Below are positions 27,668 through 42,824 of a DNA stretch of 64,000 bases, in pieces. The stretch comes from Eledone cirrhosa. Its lineage: Eukaryota. Position 1 is the stretch's first letter; every line of letters starts with the position of its first letter. The notes beneath the pieces were generated by a model, which was not told where the DNA came from, did not search any database, and saw only the letters and a program-made list of their open reading frames with translations. Made by a program: the position numbers and the translations under genes. The stretch covers positions 31,620,001 to 31,684,000 of the forward strand of contig OZ024753.1 of the NCBI GenBank assembly GCA_964016885.1, written 5' to 3'.

Positions 27668-28330
27668 CGTGGGAATGTAAAAATCGGAGAACAGACCTTT
27701 AAAACATGTTTATTTAAAACAGCACCTACGTACGTTTCGCCCAGTTAGGCTTCTCAAGGGCATAAATAATCAAAAGTGTTCCTTATATTGCTCGGAAAGA
27801 GTTTTGGGGGTTAAATCCACATCAAGGTTCATTGCTCGCAAAAATATCTTGTTTTAATTTTGCAGCAGGTCAAGGGAGGTAATTCTGGCCGGTGTTAGGG
27901 CAGTCTTTCCCGGACAATTTTTTTTTTTTTTTTTCTGCCGCATCTGTTTGTCTGAGGCTGGGTCTGGTATGCAAGGATTGTTTGCTGGGTGTTATTTTGC
28001 AGCGCCTGCCCGCCGGGGTGTTAAGACTTGTTGCAGGGAGATCTGGTGTACTGTTTCACTCTTCATCCTTAACCCATCTGAAGAAGGATATTTTTAATCG
28101 ATGTGTACAACATATCGCTGTTTCAGCTCTGCTGTTGATGAGCTCATGGGGTGCAGTTATGATGTGGTAGAGCTCCATGAGGCAAAGATCGCATTTCCTC
28201 TTGAAGTTGTACGGTGCAGCCCTGCCGACAATCTCCCAGTGCGTGGAGAAGCTGATGTTTAAGTCCTTTAGTGATGTGATGTAGTCCGCGAGCGAAGTGG
28301 AGTGCCTTAGTTTTCTATTTGTGAAAGAGT
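27668..28330 (-). mobile_element. PLE family D 3' fragment (GIY-YIG C-terminus, 3' UTR, hammerhead)
   Basis: [18 protein letters not shown]...[27 protein letters not shown]...LINSRAE...CTH; embedded in (TA)n. Confidence 0.88.
27722..27761 (-). ncRNA. Minimal type I hammerhead ribozyme (U3-A8 core variant)
   Basis: Minus strand GCCC-UUGAGAA-GCCU AACU GGGC-GAAAC GUAC GUA-GGUGC: stem II, palindromic stem III and GUA triplet, in sense with the PLE endonuclease. Confidence 0.75.
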
Positions 28331-28375
28331 GAATATATATATGTATATATATACCGTATATACATATATATATAC

Positions 28376-28406
<31 letters not shown>

Positions 28407-28449
28407 CATATATATATACATATATATATATATACATATATATATATAC

Positions 28450-28480
<31 letters not shown>

Positions 28481-28582
28481 CATATATATATATACATATA
28501 TATATATACATATATATATATACATATATATATATACATATATATATACATATATATACATTATATATATACATATATATAC

Positions 28583-28665
<83 letters not shown>

Positions 28666-28937
28666 CATATATATATACACATATATATATACAAATATAT
28701 ACACATATATATATACATATATATATACATATATATATACATATATATATACATATATATACACATATATATATACATATATATATACATATATATATAC
28801 ATATATATATACATATATATATACATATATATATACATATATATATACATATATATATACATATATATATACATATATATATACATACATATGTATATAT
28901 ACATATATATATACACATATATATATATATATACACA

Positions 28938-28969
<32 letters not shown>

Positions 28970-29132
28970 CACATATATATATATATATATACACATATAT
29001 ATATATATACATATATATATATACACACATATATATATATATACACATATATATATATATACACATATATACACATGTATATATATATACACATATATAC
29101 ACATGTATATATATACACACATATATACACAC

Positions 29133-29177
<45 letters not shown>

Positions 29178-29181
29178 TATA

Positions 29182-29214
<33 letters not shown>

Positions 29215-29215
29215 A

Positions 29216-29251
<36 letters not shown>

Positions 29252-29252
29252 A

Positions 29253-29312
<60 letters not shown>

Positions 29313-29335
29313 ATATATATACATATATACATGTA

Positions 29336-29380
<45 letters not shown>

Positions 29381-29427
29381 GTACATGTATATATATATAT
29401 ATATATAATATATACATATATACATGT

Positions 29428-29458
<31 letters not shown>

Positions 29459-30194
29459 CATATATACATGTATATATGTATATATATATATATATATATA
29501 TACATATGTACATGTATATACATATATTTATATATATATATACATGTATATATGTATATATATATATATATATATATACATACATATGTACATGTATATA
29601 CATATATATATATATATACATATGTACATGTATATACATATATATATATACATATGTACATGTATATACATATATATATATATACATATGTACATGTATA
29701 TATGTATATATATATACATATGTACATGTATATATGTATATATATATACATATGTACATGTATATATGTATATATATATACATATGTACATGTATATATG
29801 TATATATATGTACATGTATATATGTATATATATATACATATGTACATGTATCTATGTATATATATGTACATGTATATATGTATATATATATACATATGTA
29901 CATGTATATATGTATATATATATATACATATGTACATGTATATATGTATATATATATATACATATGTACATGTATATATGTATATATATATACATATGTA
30001 CATGTATATATGTATATATATATACATATGTACATGTATATATGTATATATATATATACATATGTATATGTATATATGTATATATATATACATATGTATA
30101 TGTATATATGTATATATATATATACATATACATATGTAGATTTATATATATGTATATATATATATACATATATATATATACATATGTACATTTA

Positions 30195-30242
<48 letters not shown>

Positions 30243-30342
30243 GATATGTACATTTATATATGTATATATATATACATATATATATATACATATGTACATT
30301 TATATATGTATATATATATATATATATACATATGTACATTTA

Positions 30343-30400
<58 letters not shown>

Positions 30401-30404
30401 TTTA

Positions 30405-30447
<43 letters not shown>

Positions 30448-32891
30448 CTTTTCTGCATATTTTATAAAGTGGTGAACTACAGAAACAGTTAAGAAAAATA
30501 TGTGTATTCCTATTTCAGTAATGTGAAATGAGGCGGCAAAATGTAGAACGGAGATATGAACAAACTGATATATACTAAATAGTATGTTTGTACCGGAAGA
30601 CACCTAATGAGGACATGGCGGGAAATAAGCCAAAAAAGAAAGCCCAACCATATTTGACATATTTTAATCAGATACCACCTTACAAATTTACATCCTTATC
30701 ATATTTACATGATATAAGTAACAATACTATAATTATTCGGTTATCAAATGTGCTATTTACAATTAGTAGAGGACGTGATGGTTTTTTTTTTTTATCGTGA
30801 TTATGAATCGTTGAAAATATGGCTGCTAAAATTGTCAAGGCCGTAGGAACTAGTTCTGTCAGATTTTATTAGTATTAAGTGTATTTGCATTATCACATTT
30901 CATCACAGAGCATCGTGATTCACAGCAGTATTCCGTCCTGAAAATTGCTATGCGCGCACACTGTTCATATTTTGTTTCAGTATAGTTTATTTCTGAAACT
31001 TATTTCCAGAACTCAGTCGTAGCCTCACTCGAGTCCTCTCTAATTGCTTTAATTCCATTTCCATATCAAATGATTCAGTGAGGAGCAGATGTTCGAAAAA
31101 TGAACATCTACAATTGAGAATTGGAATCAATTTACGAGAAAGTTGAGGAAATTCTTCAGCTTTTGTGCATCATCAAACCTGTCTAAAATCATTTTCAAGC
31201 TGTCGTTGTCTCTTTATTCATCCATTCTTTTTGTTTTCCTATAATTTGATACCATGGAATGTAATTCTTCTCCAACTGACGTTGGGAACGTGACAGGAAA
31301 TGTATGATAATATGTCTGTTTAAAGGTATCTCATATTTATTCGGCAAGCTGAAAATTGTCGGTGTCGGATCATACATCAACTAATTCCTCCGCGGGGATC
31401 TCAAGTTGAGAGTTTCCAGGTGGTTCATTATGGCATTATATCCTTAATTAATCCATGTATATTTTCCAGTTGATGATATGATAGTTTCTTCTCGTTAAGA
31501 AAAGTATTATAATTTTTTTTAAAAATCCGACATATACACTGATCAACACAAGCTGTTTCTGGTTGACATCCACACCAGTTAACAAAATAGTCAGCAAAAT
31601 ATGTCCCCCGTCAGAGACTAAATTGTCTCTGTCAGAAAAAAACGCCTGACAAGATTAAGAGAGGAAAACTCCTCCGTCGGTTTTGACGATGAATTTTCTA
31701 GTTATTCGATTAAATGTATGACTTGCTCATGAAATGATTGTACAACTTGCTGAGTATTTCACACACACACACACACACACACTTACCATGATGCAGAAGG
31801 ATATTCAACGTGAATTGCATTGCAAGTATAATCCCTCCGATAAGCAATCACATAACTTTCGTCAACACAATTTTACTCACATGGCTTTGTTTTGAACTGG
31901 AGCTATGGTAAATTATATTTAAAATTGGTCTCAGAGCTATACCTCGGAACCCTTTATGTTGCTAACAATAGCTTTGTAACGCTCAACTTTGATATTTTAA
32001 TAAACCTTTTCAATTCATGAGTATTCCAAATATCAATTCAAACATATCGGCCACGAGTTTCGTTAGACACACAACGCTGAAGGGGTTAATATGTTACCGA
32101 AATTCATAGAAATTCAGGGCGATTAATGACAATTTCTGATTTTTGCATGCGTGAGTGGGAAAGTGAGAGATAGAGAGAGTGTATGTATGTGTCTCTGTGC
32201 ATCTTACACTCTGTGTGAATGTGTGTGTATATGTGTGTACTTGTGCATCTCACAATGTGTGAGTGTGTATGTTTGTGCATTTCACACTGTGTGTGTGTGT
32301 GTGTGGAAATGACTATTCCCAATTTAATCATACCAAAACGTGACAGTTATCATGGCTAATGGTACAACAGTTTATAAATTCAACATGAGTAGACGAGATT
32401 GTAGTTCTGAAAGTCTAATAAGACATTATATAGAAATAATTAAATTAAAATCACAAACATTGGAAGATTATTTCGTAATATAAACTTGTAGACATAAGGA
32501 GTTTTTGTAATTATGTGTAGATAGTAAAATCATTCTTTACGTGATCGTGAGCAGCATACAGTATGATTTGACGCAAACATCTAGGTTGTGTCTCAGCTAG
32601 ACGACAATTACTTTGTAATAATGTTGTTTCAGAATGCCATGACCGTAACATGATCATTTGCATTTCACTAAATACCCAATACCATCGACGTCGGACTATT
32701 ATTCAGCGGGAAACTTTTTCTCAGTTACAAGTATTGTTCGAGTGTAGGACAAAATGCCTTGATGTGTTTGTTAATTCTTCACAGTGTATAAAAGGCAATC
32801 GTGTTATCAACACAATCTAGTACATTTCTTTATATATTTTAAATGATTCGGAATATTTCCATCTATGGATAATTATATATTTGCATAAGTG

Positions 32892-33055
32892 CAGTGCCGA
32901 TTTAGGATAAATGAGGCCCTGTGTTAGGCCCCTTACTTGGGCCCTGAAGGAAGTAGGCCAAGTAATAAAAGTTTATCGGCAGGAAGGCGCCCCTCACCCC
33001 CTGGCACGGATCCCTGTGCTTAAGACACCTAAGCACAATGATTAACACGGCACTG
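32892..33055. mobile_element. Possible hAT-like MITE
   Basis: TIRs CAGTGCCG / CGGCACTG and GC-rich subtermini; no clear TSD. Confidence 0.4.
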
Positions 33056-33588
33056 TGTGTAAAAATAAACGGATAGACAGAGAGTATTAGCCCTGGTTTG
33101 TATTCTGGATCATTCTGATTTTAAAACAGGTGTAGATAGGACTCCGAAGTCACACCAATAGCTTTCAAGTATCCAATCGCTTCATCATTGTGTTGAAGGC
33201 ATATAAGCTGTGTATCGGTAACCAATTTCCAAGTAATAGTCGGAGCACTCTTCAGAACCCACCGACGTCACTTTTTCCCGATAATAATCATGGACACACG
33301 GCATCATATAGGTGTGCATTAGTCGATAGATTCCCCGACCCTCAACAATGAGAATTGGTAGAGACCACACACATATATATATATGAAGCCCGCCGGATTG
33401 AATGTACATGCAATGTAATTCAAAGGGCCATCGCTCTCAAGCACTGTTACGCTAGACCTCTGAAAATTCCGTTAGTTGTACACGTATCTGTAAAATACCT
33501 AGCCACTTACAAGTTAATTTCATGACAAGCTTGTTCCATTGATCGAACGACTGGAACACTAATCTTCGAAACTGACGGAGGTCCGTTG

Positions 33589-33654
<66 letters not shown>

Positions 33655-36600
33655 TAATGTACAGCTATTCCAAAACATTTGCAAAAAATAAAAAAACATA
33701 TATCAGTTAGTGTTGGCATGATGGCAATCTTTATTGGTGAGTTGATGCATTCAACAATGATGTGTTTTGAAGGAAATTCACTTGTTTTGGTGACGTAATA
33801 CATTCACCAATGCCTTCTAGGTAATCAAAATACTGTTATTGGTGACAAAATGCATTTACCAATATTGTACTTTTATAAATAATCAGTAATATTTTGGTCA
33901 TCATCCAATAATATACATTCGATGTAATCAATATATTGTTATTAATCAATATGATGTAATATATTTACTCAAATATGTGGTATAGGTAATTGACCTAAGT
34001 TTATTGGTTGCGTGATTCAGTAACCAGTAATGCATGTCGTATAGCTATTTAATCAATAGAGATTCATTAGTGATGTAATACCTCAATTACTGTAATTTTT
34101 AGTTAGTCTACGCAGAAGTATCCAAGGAGTTTTATATTCACCAAAAATAAGTCTTGCAGTTAACTTTTTTTATACCAAACTGCTTGAAACTACCTTTCGT
34201 ACTTTGATATGTTCTTCATATTGAATTACGTATATTTATCTACAATCCTCCCATTATAATTTGATGTAAGAAATATGTTCTGAACATCAACTTAATAGCG
34301 AAAAGGTTAGTTATACTACTAAATCCCAGCGAATCCGTGATTATTTTGAAAATTGTTTGAAAATCATAGGTAGTGTTTTTCATTATATATATATATATAT
34401 GTGTGTGTGTTGAAATTTCCGTGATCCCCAGCAGACAACTTATGATGAGAATATCCTCTGTTTGTGCTTTCCTCTTATTTTAAACACACTTTATCAAGTA
34501 AACACACAGCTCCCTGTTTCTTCAAGAATTTTTATTATTTTTTTTTTTTGCTGTGACCTGTTCTCTCTTTCTCCCTATCTACTTTGTTGGTATTAACTCT
34601 TCCCCTTCTTTCTTTCTCTTCCCCTCTCACTTTTACTCTCCTCCCGCTTTCTCCCATAACTGCCTCTTTTCGCCTACTCTTGCAGAGGTCAGACATGTTT
34701 TCTTTGCGCTCTCTAATTCACATACATTGGTTGGTGTTGTAATTTGATCCGCTAATACAAGGAGTAAACCACACTTTCATTAATAATATAAGTTAACGAT
34801 TAAGGTAATCAACTAAAATTATTAAACATTTTGATCATAATCTTTAAAACATTGTTAATTACATTGGCTTTATAGTAATTGAATTAAAACTATATATGTT
34901 GTAAAGTGTGCATACTAACATAAAGAATAATTATCTACGAAGACTAATTGTATATGTAATTATTTCAAAAAGAAATATTTAATTATTTGAAATATAATTT
35001 TAGAAAAAATTATCTTATATACTGTCAGATACAATCTGAGAAATTTAATATGTTTTTCAATATCAAAATAGAGTACGAAATAATTAAAAGACACTGTATC
35101 TAAGTGTGGAAGTGTGTGAGACTATATATATATATACGTGCACAACGCAGCGTCTATTAGATTATTATATTTATATATACGTTCACAACACGGCGTCTAT
35201 TAGATAATTTTATATATTTGTATATATATATATATATAATGTACATCCCACTAGATTTTATAAGTAAAAACCTTAGTATGAATAAAGAACAAATATTACA
35301 TAGTTCGAAGCTAGTTTGTTGTTTTCTTTTATTCTTCTTATAACGGATTACTATTCTGTTAAATACAAACTAGAATATAACAGAAATATCCAATGTAATT
35401 TGCGTTCATTTGGCAACGTTATTAAATATTAAATATATCTGCCCAACAGAGCGTATATTAGAATATCTAGGATAATTTCAAATTGTTGTTTAGTTACAGA
35501 TTAAAGACTAATTACACATATGGAATTCAGTGTGTAAGTCAATAAATTGCTATTAGCTTCAACATCATTATAAACATTAACGCTTAATCTTATTAATGCT
35601 TCATGCCATGAATTTAATCGCATCAGGTCGAATACCTCTACTTACTTACTTTAAGTGTTAGAGAGTGAAAGTGTGTGCATGTGTGTAAAGAAATATTTGA
35701 TGTGAAACGAATGGCCAAGACTTCAATTTTAAAGGGGAAACACTATGTGATTGAGTCTTCTATAGCTGAGGAACACCTTTTCATTGGTTTTGAATGCCAC
35801 CACACTTTCAAATTCTGACAACTCCCCCTTCCATGCCATGGACTGATTTACCTGCCCCACGTTTATCAAATACCGACGATACTCCCCAGAGCCCTGCTAT
35901 AGGGTTCAACACACAACGTCGGCATATTGCATTTCCTGAGGCCCATCATGATCACTCGATTGACCTTCTCATCTGCACCCTTCCGCCTCTGCCATTGCCT
36001 TATACAATAGTTCTCTCACATCGAGTTACAACGTGAACGAGAACTTACTTTCTGCCTTAGAACAACACATTCACTTGGTTTCAGCGATTAGCAGGCCTTA
36101 TGTTGATTACTAACACAGAAATTATTAAAGATAAAAATGATAATTTGATAATTTATTTCTCAGATTTAATAAGTTTATAAATGTCCAACATATATATATA
36201 TATGGATGATATACATGAACAAATATACGAGTAACTACGGCGAAATAACTATTCCTCAAAATTCAATTTTCCTAGTTTGTTCTCATTGTTCATATATCCA
36301 GTAATCTTTGTATCCATGGTATGCCAATCTTGGACTAAAAAATAATAATTATTCACGTCATTATTGCCGACACTGGTCTACTAATTACATATTTTTCCTC
36401 TGAAACTAATAACTATACATTTAATAAATCTTCACTACTTTATTAAACTAATGTTAAGATATTAAATATGTAAATATAGTATATAGGAGTCGGATGGGTC
36501 AGAATAATTTAATAATAATTTATCCTTAAAATTACGTTCAATATCCTATGTCGAAATATGAAGTCGGGTATATACATATGCACATATATGTGCTCATACA

Positions 36601-36729
36601 TACATACATATAGAAGGATAGACATATGAATATATATATATATATAAATATGAGTTTAGATATTTATGAATATATATATATATGTATGTGTATATATATT
36701 TATTTATTTATATATATATTTATATATTT

Positions 36730-36896
36730 AACGAAAGAAATGTGGTAAGGAACCAGGTGGACCATAACGCACCAAAGTACTCAATACTTAGGGTAGTAGA
36801 GTGGGTAATAGGAACAAGTAAGACCCCGACGGCTGAGCTCAAGCCGTTTCGACGGCTAATTCTGAGCTCAGCCGTCGGGGTCTTACTTGTTCCTAT
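36730..36896 (-). mobile_element. PLE family B short fold-back copy
   Basis: acgaaagaaatgtggtaaggaacc...gacggctaattc, then inverted tgagctcagccgtcggggtcttacttgttcctat. Confidence 0.85.
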
Positions 36897-36945
36897 ATAT
36901 ATATATTTATTATATATATATATTTATATATATATATTTATATAA

Positions 36946-37625
36946 GAGAGTATTGAAGTTTGCTTGAAGCATTGTGGAACAATAAGTAAATATCTTTAAG
37001 TCGTTTGGAAGCCTCGACAATGCAAATGGGTAAATCTCCGGGTAACAGGATCCGGTGGTAGAGAGAGAGATGTAAGTGGGTGTACGTTGAGATGCGTGGC
37101 GTGTATAAGACGTGTAGAGGAATGAAGGATAGAGCGTAAAGGATAAAAATAACAACACGAGAGAGAGTTACCTTGAGAGAGATTTAATTGTCCCTATATA
37201 TTTCGGATTCACATCCATCAACTGGGGGTATTTTCCGGGGTGGGGGGAAAGGTTGTCTGTCAGAAAGGTGCGAAACGTGTCCACCGCTGTTCGTTATTTT
37301 GAATATCAATGTTCAAAACAACGAACAGCGGAGGACACGTTTCGCACCTTTCCGACAGACAACCTTTCCCCCACCCCGGAAAATACCCCCAGTTGATGGA
37401 TGTGAATCCGAAATATATAGGGACAATTAAATCTCTCCCAAGGTAACTCTCTCTCGTGTTGTTATTTTTATTTTTATCCTTTACGCTCTCTCCTTCATTC
37501 CTCTACACGTCTTATACACGCCACGCATCTCAACGTACACCCACTTACATCTCTCTCACTACCACCGGATCCTGTTACCCGGAGATTTACCCATCTGCAT
37601 TGTCGAGGCTTCCAAACGACTTAAA
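36946..37625. mobile_element. PLE family C fold-back (inverted pLTR pair with ~50-bp tail)
   Basis: 36995-37303 and 37311-37625 are near-perfect inverted repeats; the left arm matches 20143-20515; (TA)n on both sides. Confidence 0.88.
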
Positions 37626-37693
37626 AAAATATATTTATATATATATTTATATATATATATATATGTATTTATATATATATATATTTATATATA

Positions 37694-38134
37694 ATTGGTT
37701 ATGCACGAGTGCATTAAGGTTTTCCAGGACACTGTGTTATGTACCGTGTAGGGGAAGGTCAGCTTACAACAGAGTGGTGCTCAACGAAATGCAGAAAATA
37801 GGTGTATATTCCAGTTTAGCTACACTCCGGGGCGTGTATAAAGAATCAAAAAGAACAGAAAGATGCAGTAGAAGAGATTTATTCGGTTCTAACGTACGTT
37901 TCAATAGACATCAATTTGCCTAGATCTCGCTGCATCTATCATATTTTATAGTTAGTAGAGCATTCGACATCCAATGCGTAATCGATTCCATATCATCAGA
38001 GATTATATTTCTATATACTAACTATATAATATTATAAATGCAGCGAGATCTAGGCAAATTGATGTCTATTGAAACGTACGTTAGAACCGAATAAATCTCT
38101 TTTACTGCATCTTTCTGTTCTTTTTGATTCTTTA

Positions 38135-38135
<1 letters not shown>
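37694..38135. mobile_element. Probable PLE family E fold-back (inverted arms plus ~140-bp tail)
   Basis: Arms 37837-37958 and ~38017-38135 are inverted; contain GAAACGTACGTT (HHR stem III-like); (TA)n flanks. Confidence 0.65.
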
Positions 38136-38198
<63 letters not shown>

Positions 38199-38345
38199 TA
38201 CAAGATGCCATACCGTGGAACCGATCCCCAAACCTAAAGATTGGTAAGCGAACTCTTCTTAACCATTCAGCCTTATTGCATCTATATATTTATATATATA
38301 AACATATGTGTGAGAGAGAGCATGAGTGCATATATATATATATAA

Positions 38346-38453
38346 AACGAAGGAGTTGTGGTAAGGAACCAGATGGACCATAACGCACCAGAGTACTCGA
38401 AATAGCCGTCGAAACGGCTTCAGCTCTGCCGTCGGGGTCATATATTTTCATAT
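38346..38453 (-). mobile_element. PLE family B short copy with inversion
   Basis: Tail ggtaaggaaccagatggaccataacgcacc joined to inverted tagccgtcgaaacggc...gccgtcggggtc. Confidence 0.8.
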
Positions 38454-38575
38454 ATATATATATATATATATTGGATTAATTGTAATACGTGACGTATTCT
38501 ATTCTATAGCGATTAGGTCTTCAAAATGTTTATTATAAACATACAGAATAGTTTCGAATATTCTATGTCTATCTT

Positions 38576-38619
<44 letters not shown>

Positions 38620-39298
38620 GTTTGGGGGTGTGATCATGTGTGGTAATTAGATATCTGTTTGGTACTATTTGCGTTTGATGTCATATATATTTCTCTGCTT
38701 GATTCACACCGTTTGAAACTGTATATTAGCAAACTTGAGAGGATGATTAACACAAACAAAATGATTCCCAGATAAAAAGCTAATTAAACCCTTGAGGATA
38801 TATAAAAGATATTAGTACTACATTCACATATATGCACGCATCAATATACATACATACACAGTCATATATATGTATGTTTATATGTACATATACAATATAT
38901 ATATGTATATATGCCAATAAAAAAATTATTTAATTTTCACTTCAATTTTTTTTATTAGGTATTAATTAACCGTCGTCAAAGTTCTTTCGTCACACATTGA
39001 GACCTCAATAACTCTGTTTTCCCCTTTGCCTCCGCTTTTTTCTTAGCTTATTTTGTATACTCGATCTTGTCTTTCTATGATACATTTCCGCGTGTGTGTA
39101 TTTGTGTTTGACATGTGTGTTTATGTCTTCTGTTCTCTGTGGGTGAGTTTATACATATGTACGGGGATCAGTAGAGCCACCCCGGTCCTTTAATACAAGG
39201 TCCATATCGAAAGTGTGACCTAGGGACAACAACAACATTTTTTAATAATTTTAAAACTCTAATTTTGTCTGTCTTTTTTTTTAAATTAAGATAATCAA

Positions 39299-39696
39299 GG
39301 GCGGTGGGTTGGCAGTGGGTTGGCATCGGCCAACAATATAGTTACGGCACATTACATTCTGAGATCAAATCCCACCGATGTTCGTTTTGCATTTCGTTCT
39401 TACAGGATGGATAATATAAAGTACCAGTATTGCACAGGGGTCGATTTAATGGACTTTCCCTTGCTCCGAAGTTGTTGACCTTGTGCCTAAATCAGACACC
39501 ATTATTAAGATGTTATTGGCAGTGGATTGGCAGTATCGGACGCCATGCTTTGCAGCATAGGGTTATGTCCCTTTTCGGTCTGAGTTCAAATCCTGCCGCG
39601 GTTAACTTTGCCTTTCATCCTTACGGGGTAGATAAAATAAAGTACTAGTAATACACTGGGATAATTGCTGGCCTTGTGACAAAAGTAGAAACAATA
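39299..39696 (+). mobile_element. Two tandem cephalopod SINEs (long subfamily 39299-39503, short subfamily 39518-39696)
   Basis: Two heads ggc(g/a)gtgg(g/a)ttggcagt and two tails; ttaagatg repeats after each copy. Confidence 0.8.
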
Positions 39697-41700
39697 TTTA
39701 AGATGATAAGGCATCATTTTCTAAATGTCCAACGTGTCGCCCGTACTAAGATTTGTTTTATTTTACTTGTGACCTTTTTACGAATATAATGTAAAGAATA
39801 AAAGGAGTGAGTCTAAATAATACAAAAATATGAGAAGGAATTCTCAGTTATCGCTTCTCCAATAATACAAGAGCGGGCGGTTGGAAGAACGCTAGCTGAT
39901 GTAAATCGCCTCGCGATCAACTCTGACAGAATGATGTAAGATTTTATCTGGAGAATAATGGATGGCAAACTCCACACTGATAGCAGTGAGTATAGAGGTA
40001 GTACTAGAATCATGAACGACAGAAGTTTCAATCAGAAGAGGAAATATTTTATTCTTTCACATTTCCTTAGATCTGTTTTAGACGGGAATCGAAACCCAAT
40101 TCAATGACAACAGTGTGACATAAGAAAATACCGAGGTAGGACCCTCCCGTCTACATATGTGACGTTAATGATATAATGTTAAAATGAATTTGAAAAGAAA
40201 ACAAAAGAAAACATGACAGTTCTTATCAGCTGTTCCCACTTAAATGGAAGTATATTAAAAGTGTTGGTTGGATAACAAAATCAATATAGTTAAAGTATTG
40301 AATCAGTTAAGACCAGTTTTGGATTTTCTGATTTACATCTTGTGATGAAGAAACTATGGAAATTACATATTTTGTAACATTAGCTGCTTTCTGTATATTT
40401 CAGATAAGATTATTAAGAGAAAAAAGTCTTATAGTTCGATAGTGTTAAGAAAATAATTAATTTTCCTTTCGTTTACAAACACAAAAACTAAAAGGAAAAC
40501 GCGAAATTACTAAAATAGAATAGTTCTGTGCGCGTGTGTGAGCGTGTATGTAGGTGTGTCATATATGTGTGTGTTGTTATTTTTGTTGTTGTTTCTTTCT
40601 TTCCGTGTCTTAACGAAAATAATTGAATGAACAAACAATTGTTACCAATTAATTTTCATCAGAATGAACGCATTGAACCAAAACACTACAGCCTTTTCGT
40701 TTTTAATTAATCCTTTTCATTAAATTTTTCCATGACAAGTTTCGCTGAAGGCGTTGCAATATTCGAATTGATCATGTTTTACCATCCAACTCTTTTGCAT
40801 GACTTCGAGTCCCGTTAACTAAGTGATTATACAAAGAATTTATATCATACTCACTCTAACGTCCTAATCCTAACTGTAAATTATTGATCCACGAAATTAA
40901 ACAAGTGTTCATGTCGAAATCAGTTTAAAACCACATCAAGCTTCAACATTTTACTTGATAGAATAAATTCATTTGATACAGTATCTTGCCTAAAACACTT
41001 CGAAATATTAAACACTAGATCGAAGATATTTAGAACGTACTTTTTAATAGCTGAATATACCTACCATACATAAAGATTTGGCCGAGAATAGTGTTATCGG
41101 GTTAAAAATGCCTCGGTATTTATTCCGGCCGACTGCGCACTGAGATCGAATCCCGCCGTGGTCAGCTTTGCCTTTCATTCGTTCGAGATCGATAAACAAA
41201 ATACCAGTCCAATACTGGGTTTGGATCCCCACCTCTCACTCTCTCTAGAAAAAGAAGAAGAAAACATCAGTTACATTCTGCTCTAGAGAGTTAACTCAGA
41301 GAAAATGTTGACAGAGAGAGCACACAGAAACCTTTTTATATGGCTTGGATGAGAACTTAATAAACTGCTGTGAGTATTTCTATTTAAGATTAATAAAGAG
41401 AGATGTTATAATTTACTACAGAATATATAGATAGATTTGAAGCTAACACTATATCTATAGAAACAAACACCTTATCTCTATGTACTACATCATTAGGGGA
41501 CGAATTGGTAAGGTCGTTAGGACGTTGAATGAAAAGGACCTCGTTATTTCAAATCCCAATAAGGTCAATATTGCCTTTCAGGTTTTCCTAATCGATAAAA
41601 ATATACAAGTACATCACTGGGATTGATTCTTACTCTATCTCTCTTTACCACATTATCTCTCTAATTCAAGAGAAATTGCTTCTATACTTGCAATATATTA

Positions 41701-41888
41701 ATTGTTTCTACTTTAGGCACAAGGCCAGCAATTACCCAGTGCATTACTGGTACTTTATTTTATCGAGCCCGTAAGGATGAAAGGCAAAGTCAACCTCGGC
41801 GGGATTTGAACTCAGATCGTAAAGGGACGTAACTATGCTGGAAAGCATGGCATCCGACCCTCTACCGATACTGCCAATCCACCACCCT
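41701..41888 (-). mobile_element. Cephalopod SINE
   Basis: Near-consensus copy; TSD ttgcaatatattaat. Confidence 0.88.
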
Positions 41889-41901
41889 TGCAATATATTA
41901 A

Positions 41902-42500
41902 TACTAGCCGAATTGTCCGGGCCTTGCTGCGTTTGACACATTTTTTTTTGTAAGAAAATGATGATTGATTTTAAATCAGTGATGGAGAAAAACTCTGCAT
42001 TTCAATATTACTCAATGTAAAATGTAATGCATGAAAAATTGGAAAACATTATTTTTTGTAATATATCAAATCAGAATTATTAAATATTATTCTTATTTTG
42101 TTTCTTGTAAATAATTGTTTTCAAAATATCAATTTAAAACTTGATCATTTCATTTTTTGTGTGAAGCATTATTTTATTTGGGCTTCCAAAATGTTCACTA
42201 TAGGGGGCTTAACCCCCATTAGGGTGTCTTAACATTATTGAAATTTTCTGAAATTTGTGAATAAGCATCGTAGCTTGACCTATGCTTTAAATTTCATATA
42301 AATCGAAGGGAAGAAATTTTCAGCCGGGATTTGTGCCCCCGGGGAACCCTTTGATTAAAATGTAATATACTTATCCAAGGACCCTGGTCAATGTAGTTAC
42401 AGAATATATATGGTTATGGGGGTCTATCTCCAAAACCATAGGAGGAGTTCGTAAACAACAAACAAAGAAACAAACAGGAACTACAACTTTATATAAATTT
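41902..42500 (+). mobile_element. Possible Helentron/DINE-like non-autonomous element
   Basis: Begins tactagccgaattgtccggg and ends acaaacaaagaaacaaacagg...actttatata, the typical layout of such elements. Confidence 0.4.
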
Positions 42501-42700
42501 GATTCGTTAGGACCCTATGTTCTATACTATGAATATATTAATACTTTACTCCTTAGCACCCTACGTTCTATACTATGAATATATTAATCTTTACTCGTTA
42601 GTACCATACATATATATTTATATTTATTATATTTTACTTTTACTACTAGGATAAGTAAATGTAAATTAATATACTATCCTTTCATATTTTCTTTCTCTAG

Positions 42701-42824
42701 ACGAATTAGTCTTGAAGCAGAACTTGATGAAAAGAACTGGCGTGTTCGATGGGAAGATATCATGTATGGTCCTCTTGACCGACATAAACGGGACCCAATG
42801 GGCAGTCGACAAAGTATTGCAAAG
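42701..42824 (+). CDS. NPR1-like: Receptor guanylyl cyclase exon, intracellular juxtamembrane region
   Basis: ctctttctag|A CGA ATT ... GCA AAG|gtaaga; 124 nt, phase 2->0. RISLEAELDEKNWRVRWEDIMYGPLDRHKRDPMGSRQSIAK contains LExEL...WRVRWED and GSR, as in GC-A. Confidence 0.93.

Noticed and set aside
28056-30467. Long Y/I/C/M/H-rich ORFs (up to 711 aa) here and at 7671-8532, 24506-25328, 54983-55604 and 62296-63288
   Set aside because: Translations of stop-free (TA)n-type repeats; only the PLE portion 28056-28330 is real coding sequence.
32070-32090. piggyBac-like end (gctgaaggggttaa)
   Set aside because: No matching left TIR or recognisable transposase found.
35794-36036. 80-aa ORF with a QRRHIA...LPPL segment like a CR1/Jockey C-terminus
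   Set aside because: Too degenerate to assign, and no splice support as a host exon.
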